This document shows positions 44,165 through 52,741 of a DNA stretch of 52,741 bases, in pieces. The notes below the pieces were generated by a model. It was given only the letters and a program-made list of their open reading frames with translations, was not told where the DNA came from and made no database searches. A program made the position numbers and the translations under genes. Source of the stretch: a virus (taxonomy: Duplodnaviria > Caudoviricetes); the IMG/VR virus record IMGVR_UViG_3300031825_000389, positions 1-52,741 of that record; one strand, 5' to 3'. Numbering within the stretch: position 1 is the first letter of the stretch; each line of letters starts with the position of its first letter.

Positions 44165-45574
44165 CTATCGGTCTCCATAGAGGTTTTGCGCGCTCCGGAT
44201 CGCGGATGCGCCAATGTCGCAGAACAGGTTCACCGAGCACGTCGGCCCGTTGCGGTTCTTCGGGATGACCATTTCAAGCTTGTGGGCGACGGCCTCATGG
44301 GCGATCCGCGCCTCGGGAGCGCCGGCCTTGAACTCGGCCGACTTCTCGATGTAGTGCGCCTCCCGGAAAAGGAACATCACCACGTCAGCATCCGCCTCTA
44401 TGTCCCCGCTTTCCCGAAGGTGGTGCAGGTCAGGCCGCTTGTCCTTCTCCGCCTCTATGCCGCGGTTCAGCTGGGCCAGCAGCATGATGCAGACCTCCTG
44501 ATCCTTCGCGATACCCTTCAGGCCTGCCGTGATCTCGCCGACCTCGTAGGTGCGGTACCCTCGGTATCGATCCGTTGCCTTGATGAACTTCAGGTAGTCG
44601 ATCGCAACGCACCGGAGCACGGCGCCCTTCGCTGCCATCCGGCGCTTGGTGGCGGAGACCTTGGCGGCGATCTCCGCCACCGCCAGCCGGGGGCTGTACT
44701 CGATCTCGAACGGTAGCTTCCGGATGGCGTCGTCCGCCTCCTGGATGCGCCAGAACTGTTCGTCGGACAGATCCTTCCCCTTCCGGATGTCTGAGTGGGT
44801 CAGGGGGAAGCGGGGATCGAAAGCCATGTCGGCAAGGAGGCGCGCCGCAATGGCCTCGCGCGGCAGCTCCAGCGAGAACAGCAGCACGCCGTTTCCCGCC
44901 TTCGCGCTCCGGAGAAGAGAGGAGGTTCCGAATGTCGTCTTGCCCATGCCCGGGCGGGCGGCGATCACCACCAGCTCCCCCGGCCGATAGCCGAGCATCA
45001 CCCGATCGAGGTCGGAATAGCCGGTGGTGGCGCCGGAGGGCTGCGCCTCGCCCATGCGGATGCTGTTCACCTGCAGCAGCATGGCATGGGCGCTGTCTCC
45101 CGCGCTCTCGCGCGTCGCCTTGGCGTCCACAAGCTCGGCCCGCACCTGGTCGATCGCGTCGAAGGCTTCGGCCAGATGCGTGCGGATCTCTCCGTCCGCG
45201 CCGAGCGCGCGCGTCGCCGCTTCCTGGACGGCGCGCAGAGCCCACATGCCCTTGATATCCTCGGCATAGCCCTGAAGCATGACCGTGGGCGCCGCATTGG
45301 CCACCAGCTTCGCCACGTAGGAGCCGAAGGTCTCATTGGCTACAAACGGCGCACCCCATTCCTGCTTCAGGTGCGAGGCGAGCGTCGTCAGGCTGGCAAG
45401 CTCGCCGATATCTCCGCGCGCCTGGATGGCCTCGAAGATGCGGGCATGGGCCGGTTCGAAGAAGTGCTGGGGGAGGATGCTCGAGGATGCGGCGCGGCCG
45501 GCCTGCGGCGTCGCGATCAGCGCCCCAAGGAACTCCTGCTCGATCATGACATTGGAGAAAGCCTCTGCGCTCAT
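44165..45574 (-). CDS. dnaB: DnaB-like replicative helicase
   Basis: IAARPGMGKT, FSLE, IDYL, LAQLNR, LRESGDIEADAD, KNRNGP. Confidence 0.95.
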   Translation of the reverse strand: MSAEAFSNVMIEQEFLGALIATPQAGRAASSSILPQHFFEPAHARIFEAIQARGDIGELASLTTLASHLKQEWGAPFVANETFGSYVAKLVANAAPTVMLQGYAEDIKGMWALRAVQEAATRALGADGEIRTHLAEAFDAIDQVRAELVDAKATRESAGDSAHAMLLQVNSIRMGEAQPSGATTGYSDLDRVMLGYRPGELVVIAARPGMGKTTFGTSSLLRSAKAGNGVLLFSLELPREAIAARLLADMAFDPRFPLTHSDIRKGKDLSDEQFWRIQEADDAIRKLPFEIEYSPRLAVAEIAAKVSATKRRMAAKGAVLRCVAIDYLKFIKATDRYRGYRTYEVGEITAGLKGIAKDQEVCIMLLAQLNRGIEAEKDKRPDLHHLRESGDIEADADVVMFLFREAHYIEKSAEFKAGAPEARIAHEAVAHKLEMVIPKNRNGPTCSVNLFCDIGASAIRSAQNLYGDR

Positions 45575-45792
45575 CCGCGAGCGCCTCCGCGCCCGTGCAA
45601 TACGCCGATCTTCGCGGATTGCTCCTGCGTCATGAACAGATCGAGCCAAGCGCGCCACGCGCGGCCGGCGAGAATACCGTCCTCCTGCTTCAGCGAGCGC
45701 TGGGCCTTCGCCGCCGCCTGCCGATAGGCTTCCCACCGCGCATCGATCTGGGCATCGCGGTGCTCCGCGAGGGACACGACCTTGTCGCTCAT
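45571..45792 (-). CDS. Hypothetical phage protein
   Basis: MSDKVVSL..AQRSLKQEDGILAGRAWRAWLDLF; ATGA-coupled on both sides. Confidence 0.7.
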   Translation of the reverse strand: MSDKVVSLAEHRDAQIDARWEAYRQAAAKAQRSLKQEDGILAGRAWRAWLDLFMTQEQSAKIGVLHGRGGARG

Positions 45793-46205
45793 CGTCCACC
45801 ACCTTTCGGAAACACGCGCTCGCGGTGCTCCCGGCACCACGACTTGCCGGTGAGCACCGGCGCGCCGCAGCAGGTCGCGCGGCCGTCATCGCCGGTGCCG
45901 ACGATCCACGCGCACTGGAATTCCCGCCTGTCCAAGATGGACATCGCGCAGCCGACATGATCGGCAGGGGCGTCGATCAACCGGCTAAGTGTCGGAACAA
46001 CGTTGGCCAGCTTCTCGGAGCGGAACCGCAGGAAGCCGATGGCGGCGCCGGAGAGCGGCCTCGCCTGGGCACGAGCTGGGGACAACCTGGGCTCGTGCCG
46101 AACTTGGTGAATTTCGCTCGCATCCACCAAGTCCGGCGGCAGCTCACGCACAAAGGCGCAGGCCGGCGGGAAAGGTGCAGGTGATGCAGGTGCCGCCGCG
46201 ATCAT
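45789..46205 (-). CDS. Protein with GcrA C-terminal-like Cys motif
   Basis: SILDRREFQCAWIVG..CCGAPV..KSWCREHRERVF. Confidence 0.65.
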   Translation of the reverse strand: MIAAAPASPAPFPPACAFVRELPPDLVDASEIHQVRHEPRLSPARAQARPLSGAAIGFLRFRSEKLANVVPTLSRLIDAPADHVGCAMSILDRREFQCAWIVGTGDDGRATCCGAPVLTGKSWCREHRERVFPKGGGR

Positions 46206-47035
46206 GCTGCCTCCGCCTTTCGGGCGCGGCCTTTTTTTTTGAACCACGTGACCGCCAGCGCCTTCCAGAACGGCACCCGGTGCGCGGCGGCGAACAACTT
46301 GGCATCCTGTTCCGCCGCCGGACCCGCCGCGACGATGGCGGCGGCGAGCACCTCAGGGTCCATCTCGCCGGCATAGTCCGGGTCCGTGAGCAGCAGCTCG
46401 CCCGCCTTGATGTCGTTCGCCGTCAGCGGCGCCCGGCCCGACTTCACCAGCGCTTCGAGGATCTCGCGCGCACGCTTGGCGCCGCGCCGGGACACCAGTG
46501 CCTTGATGCTGGAGATGGCCACCGTCTCGCCGGCATGGAAGGCTCGGCCGGGAGGCCCGCGGAGGATGCGCACCCCTGCCCGGCTGCACACCTGCTCCAC
46601 CGTGAGCGCGTCTTCGTCACCTGCCGTGACGGCCGCGTGGTGGAGCTGCGTCGCCGAGACGGCGAGGCGGTCGCGGTTGTGCCCAATGAAGGCGGCGGCC
46701 CGTTGGGCGATGTCCGCTGCCTCCACGATCATCACCGGGATCTTGTCGATGTCCGGATGGCAAGCCGCCGCGATAGCAGTGTGCTGCCCGTCGATCAGCT
46801 CCAAACCGGCTTCGGTCAGCACCGCCACCGGCGGCTTGTATCGAGGCCAGCTCCATCCAGCCACCATCTTGGCAATCAGCCGCCGCGAGGCATCCGACAG
46901 GTCGCGCTGGTAGCGCGGGTCCACCAGCAACGTGCTCGGCGGCACCCACTCGAAGATCGGCTTCGCGCTGACCTCGGGTGCCGGCGATACGTGGGGCAGG
47001 TCGATCGCGGTGATGGGGCGGCGCGGGTCAGTCAC
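46202..47035 (-). CDS. ParB/Srx N-terminal-domain protein (DUF6551-like)
   Basis: LLVDPRYQRDL..WSWPRYKPPV..IDGQHTAIAA; GTG overlaps the upstream stop. Confidence 0.85.
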   Translation of the reverse strand: MTDPRRPITAIDLPHVSPAPEVSAKPIFEWVPPSTLLVDPRYQRDLSDASRRLIAKMVAGWSWPRYKPPVAVLTEAGLELIDGQHTAIAAACHPDIDKIPVMIVEAADIAQRAAAFIGHNRDRLAVSATQLHHAAVTAGDEDALTVEQVCSRAGVRILRGPPGRAFHAGETVAISSIKALVSRRGAKRAREILEALVKSGRAPLTANDIKAGELLLTDPDYAGEMDPEVLAAAIVAAGPAAEQDAKLFAAAHRVPFWKALAVTWFKKKGRARKAEAA

Positions 47036-47421
47036 GGCCGCTCGCCCTCCGGCCACAGGTCGGGGCGAAGCTGGGATCGCGTCACGGCACCGTCGGTCGC
47101 GCGTTCGATGGCCATGGCGCTTTCGGCCGAGACAGGAAGCTGGAAGTTCAGCATTTGCGAAATCGCTTGCTGCGCACACCCTGCGGCTTCCGCGAGCCGG
47201 CTCTGGGCGCCAAAGAGATTGATGGCTCGCAGGATGTCCGGATGCTGGTTCTCCGGAGGCTTTCTAGGACGGCTGGCGGCGGCATTACCTGCGTCGGACA
47301 GGGCGGAAATCTCAACATCACCGCGCTGCGCAGTCTCCACCCGGTCGATCGCCGCCAGCAGCGCCTCGCCCGACAGCCCAGCTTTCACAAGTTCGCGGAT
47401 CATCTGGACGATGGCGCTCAT
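47032..47421 (-). CDS. Cro/YdaS-like HTH protein with N-terminal extension
   Basis: GAQSRLAEAAGCAQQAISQML..AMAIERATDGAVTRSQLRPDLW. Confidence 0.8.
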   Translation of the reverse strand: MSAIVQMIRELVKAGLSGEALLAAIDRVETAQRGDVEISALSDAGNAAASRPRKPPENQHPDILRAINLFGAQSRLAEAAGCAQQAISQMLNFQLPVSAESAMAIERATDGAVTRSQLRPDLWPEGERP

Positions 47422-47660
47422 GGCTGGGCCTCGCCGACTGCCGGGACCGGAAGAACCGGGCGGGCGATGGGCGGATAGATATCCGGGCGCAGTTCATGCC
47501 GCGGAATGCCGGTGATCCGCTCGACATCAAGCACGCGCATATGCGGCACCCGCTTCCATTGCGAGAGCGCCTGCGCGGTGATACCGAGGGCATCAGCCAG
47601 CGCTTGAGCCGTTCGGAGCGTTCGAATTGCACGAACGAGGGATTGTGATTTCCTGCTCAT
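47418..47660 (-). CDS. cro: Cro-like repressor
   Basis: ALADALGITAQALSQWKRVP..VERITGIPRHELRPDIY; divergent from cI. Confidence 0.88.
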   Translation of the reverse strand: MSRKSQSLVRAIRTLRTAQALADALGITAQALSQWKRVPHMRVLDVERITGIPRHELRPDIYPPIARPVLPVPAVGEAQP

Positions 47661-47670
47661 AGAACCGCAT

Positions 47671-47733
47671 TCAAGCCGATCTTTACCATAACTTCAAGAG
47701 TGGCTTGATAGATTTTCATAAAGTGAGCCTTTA
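47671..47733. promoter_or_regulatory. OR-like triple operator
   Basis: TCAAG-N5-CTTTA (47671), TCAAG-N5-CTTGA (47694), TAAAG-N5-CTTTA (47719). Confidence 0.75.
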
Positions 47734-47743
47734 TGCTCCTGCC

Positions 47744-48433
47744 ATGACAGATGAAATTAGCACCATCGGCGCCCGCATACGGCAGGCGCGCACCGCCCTC
47801 GGCCTCACTCAACAGGGGCTCGCGGATAAGCTGAACGTCACTGTGCAGTCCGTATCTCAATGGGAGACGGGGCGGACACGGCCCAACTATGACCGCATAA
47901 ACCTATTGGAGGAGGTTCTTGGCTTACAATATGGTTGGCTAATCTCTGGCGAAGGAGAAATGACGTTAGATCCACCGAAAAAGCATGACGGCTACGAGGA
48001 ATTTAGAAATCGCTTAGCCCGTGAATTGGAATGGGATGAAAAACTTGCGCACTATGGCCAAATGAGATTGGAAAGCGTCCCGTACGAATTGGGCGATGGA
48101 GCGATTTTAGCCACTCATAATGCGGAGCGTGATTTATTTGCCTTAACAATCAAAGACAGCGCAAATTCTCCACTATTTGAGATTGGCGATATAGTAATTG
48201 GAGATACTGGAACCGGCGTTCGTCCAGGAGACATGGTGTTCGTAAAATTGCGAAAAAGAGATGATGTTATATTTCGGCAAATTAAGGCATTTCGGCGCGA
48301 AGAAAATGACAAACTTTTCGCCGAACTCCGGCCTCTGAACTCGGACTATGAGACGGAGACGATAAACCTTACAGATGATGATGACAGGGTTATAGGCGTA
48401 ATGGTGGAGCACCGACGATTCAGGCGGCGCTAG
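47744..48433 (+). CDS. cI: CI-like repressor (HTH plus degenerate S24 domain)
   Basis: IGARIRQAR..LTQQGLADKLNVTVQSVSQWETG; C-terminal FALTIK..GDIV..LRPLNSDY..VIGVMVEHRR. Confidence 0.9.
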   Translation: MTDEISTIGARIRQARTALGLTQQGLADKLNVTVQSVSQWETGRTRPNYDRINLLEEVLGLQYGWLISGEGEMTLDPPKKHDGYEEFRNRLARELEWDEKLAHYGQMRLESVPYELGDGAILATHNAERDLFALTIKDSANSPLFEIGDIVIGDTGTGVRPGDMVFVKLRKRDDVIFRQIKAFRREENDKLFAELRPLNSDYETETINLTDDDDRVIGVMVEHRRFRRR

Positions 48434-48441
48434 AATTTTAG

Positions 48442-48480
48442 TTAAGACGCGCTTGACATCTCATATCAAGTGACGCTTGA
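48442..48480 (+). promoter_or_regulatory. OL-like double operator overlapping an early promoter
   Basis: TTAAG-N5-CTTGA (48442) and TCAAG-N5-CTTGA (48466); TTGACA at 48453. Confidence 0.75.
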
Positions 48481-48513
48481 ATGCCTCCATCGCCACCCGA
48501 TGGAGCGCCCGCC

Positions 48514-49104
48514 ATGCTCGCCAAGAGCCCCGCGCCTGAAGCACCCACAGATCCCATCCTCGCGTTGCTTGCCCGCTGGAAAGTGGCGAATGAGCTGTTC
48601 GAGTCCAAGCCGGATGACGACAGCGTTGAGTGGGCCGCCGAGACCTACGGCCGGCTGGAATACGAGATGGGCAATCCGCCGAAGGTCGGGACTGCCGCCG
48701 GGGCCGTGGCCGCGCTCGAATATGCGATGGTCGAGCACACGATGTGCATCGATGGCCACCATGCCGCTTTCGTGAAGAGGGCGCACCGGTTCATGGTGCG
48801 GTTCCTCGCCGGCCCGGACCCCATCTTCGCTGCCATCGCCGAGCACAAGCGCCTCTGGAACGAGGTGAATACTGCGCAGGGCGACATGGCCATGAACGCC
48901 GCCTCCGACATCGAGACCGCCTACCTCGACGGGATGCTTCGGATGGCGCCTGCCACCCTGCCGGGGCTGCTCGCCTGGCTGGAGTACATCTTCACCGAGC
49001 CGGGCATTGGTACCGGCGCCAATGACGAGGAACTGCAGATCGTCTGCGAGACGCTCCGCCAGTTCGGCGCACGCCACCTCGGCCAGCCGGTGGGAGGCCT
49101 GTGA
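48514..49104 (+). CDS. Hypothetical early protein with internal duplication
   Basis: DPILALLARWK..P.V.TAAGAVAALEY and DPIFAAIAEHK..PATLPGLLAWLEY halves. Confidence 0.75.
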   Translation: MLAKSPAPEAPTDPILALLARWKVANELFESKPDDDSVEWAAETYGRLEYEMGNPPKVGTAAGAVAALEYAMVEHTMCIDGHHAAFVKRAHRFMVRFLAGPDPIFAAIAEHKRLWNEVNTAQGDMAMNAASDIETAYLDGMLRMAPATLPGLLAWLEYIFTEPGIGTGANDEELQIVCETLRQFGARHLGQPVGGL

Positions 49105-49766
49105 TGCTCGCCATCCCGAAGGCATCCGCCGCCGCGCCGCTCAGGTCAAAGAAGGTGGCCGCACCGCCCGCCAAATCCCGCCTCATGGTCCTGAAGGAGG
49201 AGTGGGAGCACCTGCTGGCGCGCTCAACCGAATTGGCCGAACGCCGCAAGCCGCTCGACGAAAGAGCCGTAGACCTCGCGCCTTCCATGCCGAAGCCCGC
49301 GCCCCTCCTCTATCGCGCCGAGGACGCAGACCTCGACCTGTCCTGTGGCATCCCGCGCAGCCACGACACCGGGCCGCCTGCCTTCTATGGCCGCGACGCG
49401 GTGGACCACCTTCGTCTCCAGCGCCAGCAGTCACAGACTGCCCAGGCGCGCGCCATCGAGATCGTCGCCGCTTGGGACGCACACAGGGCCCTTCGCGATG
49501 GTGTGGAGATGGCCCTCGGCATCCCCGCCCTCGACGCCGAGGAAAAGGCGCTGGATGAAGAACACGAGCGGCTGCGGATGGAGATCATGCGCGAGGTCGC
49601 GACCACCATGGAAGATATCCGCTTCAAGTGCGCGCTCGCCCTCTGGTGCCGCGCCGACAGCATCGAGGAGTTCGAGCAGGAGGTCCAGCAAGCGGAAACC
49701 GCCGATGCCGAGACGCTCGCCATCTCCATCGTCCGCGACCTCCTGATGATGGAGAGCGGCCGGTGA
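49104..49766 (+). CDS. Hypothetical early protein
   Basis: 220 aa; TGATG-coupled. Confidence 0.75.
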   Translation: MLAIPKASAAAPLRSKKVAAPPAKSRLMVLKEEWEHLLARSTELAERRKPLDERAVDLAPSMPKPAPLLYRAEDADLDLSCGIPRSHDTGPPAFYGRDAVDHLRLQRQQSQTAQARAIEIVAAWDAHRALRDGVEMALGIPALDAEEKALDEEHERLRMEIMREVATTMEDIRFKCALALWCRADSIEEFEQEVQQAETADAETLAISIVRDLLMMESGR

Positions 49767-50440
49767 AGCAGGTCGGCACCTTCCCCACCGCCTATGGCGT
49801 CGCCGTGCCCCTCTTCGAGAAGGAGGGGGTCAGCCCCGACGACGAGGTCCTCTTCGATATGGACGGCTGCATGACCATGATGGGAATGCACGGACCCATT
49901 CAGCGCGAGGCCTGTCGCGCCGCCACGCGCGGTCAAACCAGCATGCCGCTGGACTTCTTCGAGCGTCACGGCGGGCAGAAGATCCCGCGCATCCCGATCG
50001 AGCGGCCCACGCAGCCGGCCTACCTCAGCTTCCCGGCCGAGGTGAAGGGCCTGGTGCCGGTGGAGCGCTGGATCGACCTGATCCTCTACACCCCGCGCTG
50101 GTGCGACCGCGCCGAGGCGCTGCTTGCGATCATCGGCGGGAACCTCGAACAGGATCTCGACATGCCGAAGGAGATCATGGCCTTCAGCATGAGCATCCTG
50201 CTCACCTGCGCCCTGGAGCACGCGGCCGAAAAGGAGATCGACTGCCTGGAGGCGGCGGCCTTCTATGCGCTCACCATCCATAACCACTGGGCCGAGGCCG
50301 GCGCGCGATGGCTGGAGCCGATGCGCAAGACGTGGTTCCGCGACTGGGTCAAGGATCGGCCCGGCTACACCGCCTTCGCCGCGGCCCTGAGGCCGGCGCT
50401 GGTGAAGCCCTTCCCCCGCTGGATCGCAGGTGCCGCATGA
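49763..50440 (+). CDS. Hypothetical early protein
   Basis: GTGA-coupled start (VKQVG), 225 aa, strong GC3 bias. Confidence 0.75.
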   Translation: MKQVGTFPTAYGVAVPLFEKEGVSPDDEVLFDMDGCMTMMGMHGPIQREACRAATRGQTSMPLDFFERHGGQKIPRIPIERPTQPAYLSFPAEVKGLVPVERWIDLILYTPRWCDRAEALLAIIGGNLEQDLDMPKEIMAFSMSILLTCALEHAAEKEIDCLEAAAFYALTIHNHWAEAGARWLEPMRKTWFRDWVKDRPGYTAFAAALRPALVKPFPRWIAGAA

Positions 50441-50793
50441 GCAACGTCATTCCCATGAAGCGCCGAGCCCGCGCGGAGCGAAAGCAGCCACACCTGCACA
50501 CGCTCTGCTATCACCCACTCGCGCGCAGTCAGGACGAGAACAGCCTTCTCGGCGAGATCACCCACTATGACGACTGCGTGGTGGTGCACGCCCTCCTCGA
50601 AGAGCGCCATTGGCGCAAGGTCCGTGGCGAAAGCCGGATGGTCCGCAAGACCCGGAAGTACATCGTGGACACCGCCATCGAGGGCGTGCGGCTGCTGCTG
50701 CGCGTCAACGGCCTCCATCACGCCACCGTGCAGCACACGCCGGAGGGGTTCCGGGTCGAGGTGCCGCCGCTGCCGGCGGGAGAAGCGTCATGA
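50437..50793 (+). CDS. Hypothetical early protein
   Basis: Starts MSNVIPM with an ATGA overlap. Confidence 0.7.
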   Translation: MSNVIPMKRRARAERKQPHLHTLCYHPLARSQDENSLLGEITHYDDCVVVHALLEERHWRKVRGESRMVRKTRKYIVDTAIEGVRLLLRVNGLHHATVQHTPEGFRVEVPPLPAGEAS

Positions 50794-50987
50794 TTGCGCC
50801 AGCGACATCCAGCTTGGACGACATGCGTGTGATCAGCCTGCAGGACAGCGCGAAGGTCGCCGGTGTGAGCCTCGCCACCTTGCGCCGGCGAATCGATGCA
50901 GGCGACGGCCCACCAGTGGTGCGTATGTCGCCGCGGCGAGTGGGTGTGCGTGCAGGAGAACTCAGGAAGTGGCTGGAGGCGCGCTAG
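50790..50987 (+). CDS. Excisionase/AlpA-like HTH protein
   Basis: ISLQDSAKVAGVSLATLRRRIDAGDGPPVVRMSPRRVGVRAGELRKWLEAR; adjacent to att. Confidence 0.8.
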   Translation: MIAPATSSLDDMRVISLQDSAKVAGVSLATLRRRIDAGDGPPVVRMSPRRVGVRAGELRKWLEAR

Positions 50988-51058
50988 GAAGCACGCTTCC
51001 TATACGCTTCCTAAATCCTGATTTCAGGAAGCAGATTTTCTGATAAGTGCTTGGAAAA

Positions 51059-51136
<78 letters not shown>

Positions 51137-51241
51137 GTTCCAGGGGTGCCCCCGGAAGGAGGCGTCCGTTTAGCAAATGCGTTCCCGCCTGACAAGGGCG
51201 GCGGCGAAGATTCTCGCCGCCGCTTCGGTCGCCGCGCACGC

Positions 51242-52741
51242 TTACTCCTTGAAGGCCTCCTCGCGGGTCTTCTGCACCGAGGGCAGGAGCACCACCACCA
51301 GCGCCGCCAGAGCCAGCGCCAGGAGCACCGCGGAGATGGGGCGCGTCACGAACACCAAGGGATCTCCGCGGGAGATCAGCATGGCGCGGCGCAGGTATTC
51401 CTCCAGCATGGGGCCGATGACGAAGCCGAGCAGCAGCGGCGCCGGCTCGCAGTCCAGCTTCACCAGCGCGTAGCCCAGGAGCCCGAACAGCGCCATCGAG
51501 TACACGTCGAAGGTGTTGTTGTTCACGCTGTACACGCCGATGCAGCAGAACGCGATGATGGCCGGGAACATCACGTGGTACGGCACCGTCAGCAGCTTCA
51601 CCCACAGACCGATCAGCGGCAGGTTCAAGAGCACCAGCATGAAGTTGCCGATCCACATGGAGGCGATCACGCCCCAGAACAGGTCCGGCTTCTCGGTGAC
51701 CACATTCGGCCCCGGCGTGATGCCCTGGATGATGAGGGCGCCGATCATCAGGGCCATCACCGGGTTGGAGGGGATGCCGAGGGTCAGCATGGGGATGAAG
51801 GAGGTTTGCGCCCCGGCGTTGTTGGCGCTCTCCGGCCCCGCCACGCCCTCGATGGCACCGCGCCCGAACTCCTGCGGGTGTTTCGACATCTTCTTCTCGA
51901 TCGAATAGGACGCGAAGGAGGACAGCATGGCGCCGCCGCCCGGCAGGATGCCGAGAAACGAGCCCAGGGTGGTTCCGCGCAGCACCGGCCAGATGATGCG
52001 CTTGAACTCGTCCTTCGTGAGCATCAGGCTCTTCACCTTGGCGGCGACGAGGGAGCGCGTGTGCTCGTCCTCGAGATTCCTGATGATCTCGCTGATGCCG
52101 AACATGCCCATGGCGAGCGCCACGAAGTCGAAGCCGTCGGACAGTTCCGGCAGGTCAAAGGTGAAACGCGGCGTGCCGGTGTAGATGTCCTGCCCCGACA
52201 GGCCGAGCATCAGGCCGAGGACGATCATGGCGATGGCCTTGACCACCGAGCCGGAGGCCAGCGTCACCGAGGCGACGAGGCCGAGCACCATGAGGGAGAA
52301 ATATTCCGGCGGCCCGAACTTCAGCGCCAACTCCGCCAGGGGCGGCGCGAAGACGGCGAGCAGGAAGGTGGCGACCGTGCCGGCGAAGAAGGAGCCGAGC
52401 GCCGCGGTGGCCAGCGCGGCGCCGGCGCGGCCCTTCCTGGCCATCTGGTGGCCGTCGATGGCGGTGACCACCGAGGAGCTCTCCCCCGGCAGGTTGATGA
52501 GGATGGCCGTGGTCGATCCGCCATACTGGGCGCCGTAATAGATGCCCGACAGCATGATCAGCGCCGACACCGGCGGCAGGCCGAAGGTGATGGGCAAAAG
52601 CATGGCGATGGTGGCGATGGGGCCGAGGCCCGGCAGCACGCCGATGAGGGTGCCCAGCAGCACGCCCACGAAGCAGTAGAGGACGTTCTGCAGCGAGAGG
52701 GCGACGGAGAAGCCGAGGGCGAGGTTGTCGAAGAGTTCCAT
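51242..52741 (-). CDS. tctA: Tripartite tricarboxylate transporter permease TctA (host gene)
   Basis: GVLPGLG, IYYGAQYGGSTTAILINLPGE, GPESANNA and PMLTLGIP motifs. Confidence 0.95.
   Translation of the reverse strand: MELFDNLALGFSVALSLQNVLYCFVGVLLGTLIGVLPGLGPIATIAMLLPITFGLPPVSALIMLSGIYYGAQYGGSTTAILINLPGESSSVVTAIDGHQMARKGRAGAALATAALGSFFAGTVATFLLAVFAPPLAELALKFGPPEYFSLMVLGLVASVTLASGSVVKAIAMIVLGLMLGLSGQDIYTGTPRFTFDLPELSDGFDFVALAMGMFGISEIIRNLEDEHTRSLVAAKVKSLMLTKDEFKRIIWPVLRGTTLGSFLGILPGGGAMLSSFASYSIEKKMSKHPQEFGRGAIEGVAGPESANNAGAQTSFIPMLTLGIPSNPVMALMIGALIIQGITPGPNVVTEKPDLFWGVIASMWIGNFMLVLLNLPLIGLWVKLLTVPYHVMFPAIIAFCCIGVYSVNNNTFDVYSMALFGLLGYALVKLDCEPAPLLLGFVIGPMLEEYLRRAMLISRGDPLVFVTRPISAVLLALALAALVVVLLPSVQKTREEAFKE

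Overview
GC-rich alphaproteobacterial DNA (GTTC-N7-GTTC LexA boxes, GcrA-like and DUF3168/GTA-gp10-type genes) made almost entirely of two mobile elements stacked at a tRNA-Lys(CTT) gene (51061-51136, minus strand), followed by host tctA. (1) An apparently complete ~41.1 kb HK97/lambda-like siphoprophage lies at 9987-51105, bounded by a 47-bp direct repeat of the tRNA 3' half. It carries an integrase, an ORF6N antirepressor with two divergent ribbon-helix-helix (RHH) switches, an accessory block (IS1595 remnant, DUF3800 gene with a downstream structured RNA candidate, ParB-like, PsiF-like, SRAP), lysis, tail, head and packaging genes, BrnT/BrnA, replication genes, cro/cI and an excisionase-like gene. 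(2) Positions 1-9986 are the end of a second, satellite/PICI-like element with AlpA, a GcrA-CTD-like protein, a DUF3987-like helicase, a TerS-like gene, promoter-gene-terminator mini-cassettes and a dispersed TGTGGTYAY motif. The best candidate for a little-characterised system is the low-GC DUF3800 gene plus the ~140-nt multi-stem RNA overlapping its stop codon (15118-16143), a possible protein-RNA defence or toxin-antitoxin module inside an IS1595 relic. All product calls come from motif recognition by eye; no database searches or folding programs were run.
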